Assembly (NCBI RefSeq): GCF_964355755.1
Contig: NC_092676.1
Location: 21,966,871 to 22,030,870 of the forward strand
DNA length: 64,000 bases
Reading direction: 5' to 3'
From: Antedon mediterranea
Taxonomy: Eukaryota; Animalia; Echinodermata
Part shown: positions 1-11,069 of the stretch, piece after piece
Numbering within the stretch: the stretch's first letter is position 1
How the letters are laid out: each line of letters opens with the position of its first letter
Program-made: the position numbers and the translations under genes
Notes under the pieces: model-generated
What the model was told of the DNA's origin: nothing
Databases searched by the model: none
The model's input: only the letters and a program-made list of their open reading frames with translations

Positions 1-290
1 GTTAGCTCTAAATGAGCTTACTCTCCTAACAAATTATCTTAAGTTTAAATATTTTAATCAATTTTAATTTTCATATTCTTGAAATAAGCATATAAAAACA
101 CGTCGACAAACACGCTAAACAGACAGAACGTGATGTACCATCCTTCAGTGTTTTAGAAATCCGTGTATAGTATACAAAAAACACCATTAGTTAGAACTAC
201 ATATGGATTTGTAAACAGAAAAATCCGAAATACAGACTATAAATAACGGGATGTGTAACGATTTATTTCAAATTTGAAGAAGGCACATCA

Positions 291-3260
291 ATGGTAACCA
301 AGATGAAGATCGTCAACTACGTCGCAATGTTTTCCTGTCTAATTTTTCTGAATCATGCCACAAAGGTAAGACACACTCAATTTTATAGAAAGAGTAGGCC
401 TACCCAGCTAACCCTAATCCTAAATTAACCTAGAGGGAAGTTATCTAGAAGATAGTTGGTGTAAATCTAGTAAAAGCACTTGCGCATTTATAAAAAAACT
501 AATTTTTGAATGGTGTTTTTAAGGAATAAATCTCAAAGCGATAACGCAAGGTAATATTAAAGACATTTGTTTGTTTAAAATGTTGTTTTTTTTGTTTCAA
601 TATGAATTTGTTATGCCAAATAATAGTTATACACTTTGACCAAAAATTTGATCGAAAAAACAATATTATTACCTTACAAAAATTCAAATTGACTGGAAGT
701 CAGCAATGTTTTGGTTGAAGTAACCGTTTATTTTGTCTTGTTATAAGTCAAAACATGGGGTTTTTAAAGTTTTAATTTTATACGGAAGTGAAGTGACTAT
801 ATTAAAAGTGTGAAGTGGCCTATTCAAAAACATTTTTAGTCGCGTGCAACCTTACAGCTCACTACGTCGGCCAATTGGTCGTTCGGTCAGTTGGTCTGTC
901 GGTCGGCTGGTCGGTAAAAACTAACTTGAGCACGCGACTGCAGCCATGTATATGTAAATTAATCTTACTTTTTCAGGTTTTGGGGGACAACATACATTTA
1001 ACAAACTGAAACTAATGTGACTATGCATGTGAAATGGATATTGTGTGTCATCAACTGAAACTGATTAGCCTTAATACAATTTAATTAATTAACAAGAAGA
1101 TTACAATTAATCACTTGATATTTGCTGAATTGTTTAGCTTTATATTATAACACATTTAATCAAATGAGAATGTCTTGAAGCTAAAGGTTGTGTTTTGTGA
1201 AGTTTTCTACTTTAATCGCGTTTTCTCGAAGCACGGTTTTCATCAAACACTACGCGGAGCGATTAGCCACTTTGTGGTGTCGTCACCATAGCGATATCTA
1301 ACAGCACTTAATTTTCCATACGCGAAAGTTTTTGTCAATTCTTTTTAATACTATAGAGGAATGTTTAAGTTCCTAGATGCTTATCGGGTAAAAAAAAGCC
1401 AACAATATCGGCATGTGTTTAAGGCCTACAGGTAGTTCTGGTTCGAATAAGGACTATAAACCGTAGGTGAAGTGTACAGTTGGCCGGTCTGCACTTTAAA
1501 GCACTTTGAGCAGGCGGTTTACCTCGGTGAACTGGTTGACAAAAATACTCTGTGTCAGGAGGATTACCTACAGACATACATAAAACATACATAAAATACA
1601 AAAAAAAAAGGTTCAAACCGCATGGACCTTCTAAAAATGTTCATTATTTTAAAGGATGATGATGATGACGATGCAGCCGACAATGTTGTAAATTACATAT
1701 GGAACATACTCGGCGGTGGCGGTGATGATGTTGGTAAGATTTCAATGTATTTCATGTTGGACAATGTATGTAAGTATTCTAAAATAGTATTATCTTAAAC
1801 AGTAGGTCTATCACCTAAAAAATAATTTAACATTTCACGAATACCAGTATAGTTTAAAACTATAGCGTAATATTTAAAGTTATGTAGTTTAACTGAATAT
1901 GGAATAAAATAAAGTATTTATTTAAGATTTATAATGATAAATAATATCATTTACAGCAAAATCATTAAATTGTTGAAATGAAATTCATTTTTATACGTCT
2001 CCCACTATTAACTAGGCCAACAGCCATAAGTCGCGTGCTAAAACGCATAGTGATACCGGACCGACAGACAGACCGACAGACAGACCGACAGACAGACCGA
2101 CAGACAGACCGACCGACCGACCGACATAGTCAACTATAGAGTCGCGTCCACGCGACTAAAAACGGATCTGCGCCGCTGCGACCATGATCGACTGCTTCCT
2201 TTAGCCTATTTAGTATTATTGCCATTTTATAATCTAATAAGCCTAATAATAATAATAATATATCATTTCTGAAATTTACAATGTTACTTACTGGTACAGG
2301 GACCCATCCAGCCAACAACTGCGATGGAGAGTTTATGACCTGTGAAACAAGAAATGCTAGCGTTGTGTATACACACTGGGGTAGGAGTGACTGCACCCCA
2401 CACACGTCAGACGTCGTCTATACTGGTGGGTAATTGCATGTAAATTATTATAAAAATCATGATTCCTAAAAGGAAGTACAATCAATTTAAAACTATCTCG
2501 ACGTTTCGGTTATTCTATTACAACATAGTTTGGAGTAAAGCTGGTAAAGTATAGGCGAATATATCGGACAGCATAACATGATTTGTAAATTAAAGATAAA
2601 AACAACAGACCGAAGTAAATAAATAATTAAAAAAAAACACCAAAGAATACATTAGGACAGTCGTGTGTTATAGAAATACATAATGAATGTTTCTTTGAAT
2701 GTCAGGACTATTTTTAATTTAGCTTAGCAGTCATAAATTTACAAGCAATCTTTCTATTATTCAATATTATTTTTATAGGATATATTGCAGGTGGAGAGTA
2801 TTTGCATAGTGGTGGTGGTACAAACCCTTTGTGTTTACCAGAGACACCTGAATATAACAACGGTTTGGTATCGAGTGGCTCTCTTCGATCACTGATATAC
2901 GGTTCAGAGATTCAAGCTTATGATTATCTTCCCTGGAATGACATACACCAGCACGATCCACTATGCGCTGTGTGTCTTGCACAAGGTCGATCAACAAGTC
3001 TGATGATTCCAGCTAAACGTACGTGCCCACAAGGATGGACCAAGGAGTACGAAGGTTTACTGATGGGTAGTAGACATGATCACCCAGGAGGACATGAATA
3101 CCTTTGTGTCGATTTAGATCCTGAAGTTAAACCTGGCTCTTCACCAAACAAAAATGGTTTCTTGCTCTATCCCGTTGTGGGTGTTTGTGGGGCTTCGTTC
3201 GCAGCCTGCCCACCCTACGTTGATAATGCTGAGTTACCGTGCGTTGTTTGTACATGGTAA
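291..3260 (+). CDS. Secreted short-chain collagen C4-like domain protein, copy 1 (253 aa, no Gly-X-Y repeats)
   Basis: Exons 291-365 (signal peptide MVTKMKIVNYVAMFSCLIFLNHATK), 1655-1733 (DDDDDDAADNVVNYIWNILGGGGDDV), 2300-2425 (..VVYTHWGRSDC..VVYTG), 2779-3260 (YIAGGEYLHSGGGTNPLCLP..CAVC..MIPAKRTCPQGWTKEYEGLLM..EYLCVD..CPPY..ELPCVVCTW*). All introns are GT-AG and the total is 762 nt, in frame. Confidence 0.88.
557..1001. mobile_element. Kolobok-like non-autonomous DNA transposon with a nested HINE, in C4 copy 1 intron 1
   Basis: Ends TTAAAGAC... and ...GGGGACAACATACATTTAA; shares the internal 'ctttgaccaaaaatttgatcgaaaa' block with the element at 61706-62056; duplicated at ~6152-6803. Confidence 0.55.
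833..953 (+). mobile_element. Helentron-associated (HINE/DINE-1-like) element
   Basis: TTTTTAGTCGCGTG start, (GGTC/GTCT) microsatellite, 3' CACGCGACT sub-terminal inverted repeat; duplicate at ~6652-6756. Confidence 0.6.
2010..2162 (-). mobile_element. HINE/DINE-1-like element
   Basis: On the minus strand: TTTTTAGTCGCGTGGACGCGACTCTATA, (GTCY)n, CACGCGACT, GGCTGTTGGCC end motif, then TT; duplicate at 7803-7923. Confidence 0.7.
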
Positions 3261-5889
3261 ATACATTAACGGTGCATCTAAAACGGCCTTTCTTCGGCTC
3301 AACTTGTAATATATTCGACTTGCAAGTACTGAATGATCATTAAACCTTAATTCCCTTGGACCCTTATTGTAGACCTTTCACGAGAACCATAAATGGTTAT
3401 TTTATTAGGAAGTTTTTATCCTAAAGAACACGGGAATAATTTAAACAGGCAGTTATTTTTTTTTTTAAGAAACTAATTCCTTAGCATACCAGGCCAGAGT
3501 ACCCTGTTTATGTCTTCAAACAAATGCCTAGTGCGCCCTCTTTATGGATTCGAAGCCATATCAAAACTATACTATTTTTCAAAGATGCAATATTGCGCCC
3601 TCTTTATCGTCACACAAAAATTGTTCAATTTTGTGAAAATGTTGCGAGGGCGTTTATCAACGGAACACAATCAAAGCATTAGTATTTTTTCATGATCAAA
3701 GCAATAATTAGTATTTAATTTTAAAAATAAACTTTTTTAATAACAAATATATTTGTTCATAAGCACCAATTTAAAAACTCATGAGGTAGGCAATAAAAAA
3801 ATCTAACCTATTCACTCTTGTGTAAAAACAATAGAGGGATTGTGCAGTATTCGATTTGCACAGAACATTTTGTATAAGGAAAAACAAGCTTATTGTAACT
3901 ACTTAACTACTACCCAAAATGTAAAATTTGTGTCCGAGCGCATCATCTAATTTCCACTACCACTACTTTTTGTTTTGATTTCAGAGTCCGTAAGCAGCAA
4001 AATATAGTTTTATTACTCCATACTTCACATCTTAATTCGATAATTTACCAATTAATTTTTTATAATTAAAATGTTTTAATCTGTCGATTGATTGACAGAT
4101 TTAAACGAATATGTCCCTCTTATGTCACTTTCTGAGGCGCAACCTAGATTAATATTCACACAGCAAGTTCCCTATCCTGTATGCATTCGTTTTGTAGCTT
4201 ACAGTATTACGACGTAAAGGAATACTTCGTGTATATCAAAATCAATGGCCGTAAATAGTTCCGAATTGTATTCGTGACAATTTGTTTGTTTGTTTGTTTG
4301 ATAATTGTTCAAGGGCCGGGAAGAGTGTGCTTTTATTATACTTAATCATGCCATGCGAATTATTATTAAGGCAGACAAACCGTGCGGGGCACGGGTTACT
4401 GCTAGACCACAATTTAATTACAAAAGTAGCAAGTACGTAACAATCTCCCACACAAAACAAACTGAAAAAATATCAAAACCAGTGAAATAAAAATAAAATG
4501 TAAATGAATAAACTTAACAATTCGTGTTTCCGCAGCAATGTGTTTCATTTGATTTTTGTCCACCTGTTTTTATTTTCATATTAATACACGAAAACACCCA
4601 AAATAATATAGTTTTCCATTTTCGTTAGTGTTTGCGCGCATCATCTAATTCACACAGCACAATTTTTCTTTAGCGTCTTTTATTTTCGTAAAGCCTGAAC
4701 AGTCAAAAGTAAAGTTCCATATCCAGTCTTTCATTTTTCGCCTATATATTTCAAAGTGAAGGGATATTGTATAACAAAATCAATGGCCGTAAATTCAGTA
4801 GTTCCGAATTTTATTCGTGATACAATTTGTTTTTATTTTAATAATTCATCAAAGTACTTTTATCTGAGTGCGATTTCATATAACCACATATTGAGGCAGA
4901 AAAAGACCATGCTGAGCACGGGCTACTGCTAGAATTTTTAATTTTAGCAAGTACTGTAACCTATTTTAACCAAACGACTCAGGAGACACGCAATCAAAAT
5001 GAAAACTAAAACTATTGAAAAATGTTTCGACTATAGAAAAAAACAGGCGTAAGAAAAGTCGTCACAAACTATACAGCAGTTTGGACTAACAAAGCAGTCA
5101 AACTAAAAATGACGTCAGCTTGTGAGAATCTGTACACATCTTGTTTTAAAAAAAATATTGAATGTGTACACTAAGAATTGTGTATCATACTAAGTCTATG
5201 GTCAAAGGTGTATTTATCTTGTAATTGTGGCACACGGATTTTATCACTAAAATCACGTAAGTCATAGCTATCCGTGTCGATGCATATTATAGTGAGCCCA
5301 TATTATCTGCATTACTGAGTGCCTATTTGACCGATTGTCTTTGATAATATCTCTAAAGACATATGTTATATACTTTATAACAATTACAAACATAACAAAA
5401 TCATAACATTGTGATGATATTGAAAATGTAAATTGTCAAAACATCACGTTACATACAAAGACTAATCAAAAACACATGACGTCACGTATGTACGATACCA
5501 ATTTTCCGGAAACAACCCATCAATATCACACGTTTTAGAGATAATAAAATATTCTAACTGATTTTTTTTTTTTTAAAGGGAAAAAATAAGATGTTGGACC
5601 AAGTTACTTAGCTCTGGATGAGCTTACTTTCTAACAAATTATCTTATGTTTAATTATTTTTATTAATTATAATTTTCATATTCTTGAAATAAGCATGTAA
5701 AAACACGTCGACAAACACGCTAAACAGACAGAACGTGATGTACCATCCTTCAGTGTTTTAAAAATCAGTATACACAAAACACCATTAGTTAACTACATAT
5801 GGATTTGTAAACAGAAAAATCCGATATATACAGACTATAAATAGCGTGGATGTGTAAGGATTTATTTCAAATTTAAAGAAGGCACATCA

Positions 5890-8800
5890 ATGGTAACCAA
5901 GATGAAGATCGTCAACTACGTCGCAATGTTTTCCTGTCTAATTTTTCTGAATCATGCCGCAAAGGTAAGACATACTCAATTTTATAGAAAGAGTAGGCCT
6001 ACCCAGCTAACCCTAATCCTAAATTAACCTAGAGGGAAGTTATCTAGAAGATAGTTGGTATAAATCTAGTAAAAGCACTTGCCCCTTTATAAAAAAAAAT
6101 TTTAAACGGTGTTTTTAATGAATAAATCTCAAAGTGATAACGCAAGGTAATATTAAAGACATACTGGGGATTTGTTTAAATGTTGTTTTTTTGTTTCAAT
6201 ATGAATTTTTTATGCCAAATAATAGTTATACACTTTGACCAAAAATTTGATCGAAAAAAAAAACAATATTATTACCTTAAACAAATTCAAATTGACTGGA
6301 AGTCAACAAGGTTTCGGTGTTTTTAATGAATAAATCTCAAAGCGATAACGCAAGGTAAAATACATATTGTCCACATGATAAAAGGGGATTTGTTTAAATG
6401 TTGTTTTTTTGTTTCAATATGAATTTTTTATGCCAAATAATAGTTATACACTTTGACCAAAAATGTGATCGAAAAAAAACAATATTATTACCTTAAAAAT
6501 ATTCAAATTGACTGGAAATCAACAAGGTTTTGGTTGAAGTAACCGTTTATTTTGTCTTTTTATAAGTCAAAACATGGGGTTTTTAAAGTTTTAATTTTAT
6601 ACGGAAGTGAAATGACTATATTAAAGTGTGAAGTGGCCTATTCAAAAACATTTTTAGTCGCGTGCAACCTTACAGCTCACTACGTCGGCCAATTGGTCGT
6701 TCGGTCGGCTGGTCGATAAAAACTAACTTGAGCACGCGACTGCAGCCATGTATATGTAAATTAATCTTACTTTTTCAGGTTTTGGGGGACAACATACATT
6801 TAACAAAGTGAAACTAATGTGACTATGCATGTGAAATGGATATTGTGTGTCATCAACTGAAGCTGATTAGCCTTAATACAATTTAATTAATTAACAAGAA
6901 GATTACAATTAATCACTTGATATTTGCTGAATTGTTTAGCTTTACATTATAACACATTTAATCAAATGAGAATGTCTTGAAGCTAAAGGTTGTGTTTTGT
7001 GAAGTTTTCTACTTTAATCGCGTTTTCTCGAAGCCCGGTTTTCATCAAACACTACGCGGAGCGATTAGCCACTTTGTGGTGTCGTCACCATAGCGATATC
7101 TAACAGCACTTAATGTTCAATACGCGAAAGTTTTTTTCAATTCTTTTTAATACCATAGAGGAATGTTTAAGTTCCTAGATGCTTATCGGGTCAAAAAAGC
7201 CAACAATATCGGCATGTGTTTAAGGCCTACAGGTAGTTCTGGTTCGAATAAGGACTATAAACCGTAGGTGAAGTGTACAGTTTGCCGGTCTGCACTTTAA
7301 AGCACTTTGAGCAGGCGGTTTACCTCGGTGAACTGGTTGACAAAAATACTCTGTGTCAGGAGGATTACCTACAGACATACATAAAACATACATAAAATAC
7401 AAAAAAAAAGGTTCAAACCGCATGGACCTTCTAAAAATGTTCATTATTTTAAAGGGTGATGATGATGACGATACAGCCGACAATGTTGTAAATTACATAT
7501 GGAACATACTCGGCGGTGGCGGTGATGATGTTGGTAAGATTTCAATGTATTTCATGTTGGACATTGTATGTAAGTATTCTAAAATAGTATTATCTTAAAC
7601 AGTAGGTCTATCACCTAAAAAATAATTTGACATTTCAAGAATACCAATATAGTTATAGCGTAATATTTAAAGTTATGTAGTTTAACTGAATATGGAATAA
7701 AATAAAGTATTTATTTAAGATTTATAATGATAAATAATATCATTTACAGCAAAATCATTAAATTGTTGAAATGAAATTCATTTTTATACGTCTCCCACTA
7801 TTAACAAGGCCAACAGCCATAAGTCGCGTGCTAAAACGCATAGTGATACCGGACCGACAGACAGACCGACAGACCGACCGACCGACATAGTCAACTATAG
7901 AGTCGCGTCCACGTGACTAAAAACGGATCTGCGCCGCTGCGACCATGATCGACTGCTTCCTTTAGCCTATTTAGTATTATTGCCATTTTATAATCTAATA
8001 AGCCTAATAATAATAATAATAATATATCATTTCTGAAATTTACAATGTTACTTACTGGTACAGGGACCCATCCAGCCAACAACTGCGAAGGAGAGTTTAT
8101 GACCTGTGAAACAAGAAATGCTAGCGTTGTGTATACACACTGGGGTAGGAGTGACTGCACCCCACACACGTCAGACGTCGTCTATACTGGTGGGTAATTG
8201 CATGTAAATTATTATAAAAATCATGATTCCTAAAAGGAAGTACAATCAATTTAAAACTATCTCGACGTTTCGGTAATTCTATTACAACATAGTTTGGAGT
8301 AAAGCTGGTAAAGTATAGGCGAATATATCGGACAGCATAACATGATTTGTAAATTAAAGATAAAAACAACAGACTTAATGCAAAATGACCGAAGTAAATA
8401 AATAATAAAAAAAACACCAAAGAACACATTAGGACAGTCGTGTGTTATAGAAATACATAATGAATGTTTCTTTGAATGTCAAGACTATTTTTAATTTAGC
8501 TTAGCAGTCATAAAGTTACAAGCAATCTTTCTATTGTTCAATATTGTTTTATAGGATATATTGGTGGTGGAGACCGTTCGCATAGTGGTGGTGGTACAAA
8601 CCCTTTATGTTTACCAGAGACACCTGAATATAACAACGGTTTGGTATCGAGTGGCTCTCTTCGATCACTGATATACGGTTCAGAGATTCAAACAAATGAT
8701 TATCTTCCCTGGAATGACTTATATCAGCACGATCCACTATGCGCTGTGTGTCTTGCACAAGGTCGATCATCAAGTCTGATGATTCCCGCTAAACGTACGT

Positions 8801-9033
8801 GCCCACAAGGATGGACCAAGGAGTACGAAGGTTTATTGATGGGTAGTAATCATGATCAGCGAGGAGGACATGAATACCTTTGTGTCGATTTAGATCCTGA
8901 AGTTAGACCTGGCTCTTCACCAGACAAAAATGGTTTCTTGCTCTATCCCGCCGTGGGTGTTTGTGGGTCTTCGTTAGCCTGCCCACCCTACATTGATAAT
9001 GCTGAGTTACCATGCGTTGTTTGTACATGGTAA
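5890..9033 (+). CDS. Secreted short-chain collagen C4-like domain protein, copy 2 (252 aa)
   Basis: Exons 5890-5964, 7455-7533, 8064-8189, 8555-9033; GT-AG introns, 759 nt in frame; near-identical paralogue of copy 1. Confidence 0.88.
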
Positions 9034-11069
9034 ATCATTAACGGTGCACCTAAAACGGCATTAATTAATCAAGTAATTATATTTCACTTGTAATTACCAA
9101 GTGATCATTCAACCTTTATTCCTTTGGACCCTTATTGTAGACTTCTTACGAGAACAATAAATGGTCATTTAAACAGGCAGTCATGTGTTAAATTTGTTTG
9201 TTTTTATAAACTAATTCCTTAGCATATACCAGGCTAGAGTATCCTGTTTATGTCTTGTTAGTTAAAATATTTTTTTCTAAGTTTTGAAAAAAAAAAGCTT
9301 TTTTGCTATAACAAAACTCAAATTTCAAACAAATGCGTAGTGCGCCCTCTTTATGGATTCGAAGCCATATCAAAACTCTATTTTTAAAAGCTGCAATATT
9401 TGCGCCCTCTTTATCGTCACACAAAAATTGTTCAATTTTGTGAAAATGTTGTGAGGGCGTTTATCAACTGAACACAATCAGAGCATTAGTAATGTTGTAA
9501 AGATCAAAGCAATAATTAGTTTTTCATTTTAACAAGTAATATTTTTATATAGTTGTTCATAAGCACCAATTCAAAAACTCATGAGGTAGGCAATCAAAAA
9601 ATCTAACCTTTTAGCTCTCGTGTAAAAAAGAATAGAGGGATTGTGCAGTATTCGATTTGCACGGAAACTTTGTATATGAAAAACAGGCTTAAACACCCTT
9701 TCCCTACAATTTGTGATGTTTTGTAAAAATAATTACTTTAAAACATTAAACCAGGTCATTCCTTGTCTTAAATGTACGTTTTATGGTAAATTATGATTTA
9801 AAAAAGAGAAACAATGCACTACCTAAGTAGCTCGCGGTAAATGTCTTCTCATTGGCCGACTTTAGACCTAGCCTAGCTAGGCTTAGTATTGTGGGTCTAG
9901 CTGGTAAACATCGGTAACGTAAGAACATCGTACGCGAGCTGTAGGCCTAGCCTGACGTTGTTTAGTTACTGAATTAATTATCTTTCTGTTTTTTACAGAC
10001 TCCATTGAAACAAATTGCGGAACTTTAGTATTTTCGCTGAAAATTTAGGAGTCTTCTAGTTGTCCGCGCGCAATGCATGTTGGGATTTATAGCGGGCCGC
10101 TAAAATTATTAGAATCGTCTTATTAAATATTGTTCACATTTTTAACCATTTAAAGACAAAAGACGTTATCTCAATAGGATAAATACTATATTATATTATT
10201 TATTTTTACATTAATATAGTCTGTGACCTTAAATTAGATCTACAAAACGTCACACACTACAACGTGAGCTGTACTGGTTCTCAAATGAGAATCAGTACAC
10301 ATCTGGCTGTCTCAACAAACAATTCTTTAATGTGCAAACTGAAAAATATGTACACTACTAATTCTATGGTTTATGTATTTATACAGTAAATTGATTGTAG
10401 TATGCAAATGTCAACCCTAACACTACGTAAGTCACAGAAATTCGTGTCTTTGAATATAATAATGATGAAGTCCAGCTGCTAACTGATTGTCTATTGTACT
10501 GGAATTTCTGTGAAAATGTTTTTGGAAGATATGCAATGATCACACACATACTAATCCAAAACAACACAAATTTCCAATTCTAAATTTTAGCAATTTTGTT
10601 TTATATATTATTTTATAAAGTGTAATTATACTTAACGTTACAGTTAAAGTATTTTGATAGAAATGTATTTAGATGTAGGCCATAACGTGTTATATTTCTT
10701 TCGTCAACACTATCATAGTGTCCTGATTATATTGTTCATAACGTGTGTTATAGCAGCTCTGGACTAGCCTACGTTCTAACAATTTATCATATTCATATTA
10801 TTCTATTCCATCTTTTTGGGAATTGTTTGTTTCATATCCTTGAAATATTACCGCGTAAATCATGTCAAACCATCCGTTCATAATTATCATGTTTTCTTCA
10901 GTGTTTTTAAAATCAATGTACAGTATCCACAAAACACCATTAATTGAAATCAATAACGGATACAAGTATTTGTTAAAGAAAAACATCATTTCTACATCAG
11001 TATATAACTTGGACGCGTTATGATTTAAAGTATATAAAATCTAAAGAAGCCGCATCAATTTTAACTGCC

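Larger units (their letters stand above)
1..9690 (+). repeat. Recent tandem segmental duplication (period ~5.6-5.8 kb) carrying C4 copies 1 and 2
   Basis: 1-3890 aligns with ~5608-9690 including promoter, introns and embedded TEs; a more diverged third unit spans ~10250-14070. Confidence 0.9.

Noticed and set aside
1419-8773. Duplicated minus-strand ORFs (1419-1616, 2130-2405, 2773-2997 and their copies)
   Set aside because: Antisense to C4 exons or inside repeats; they recur only because of the segmental duplication.
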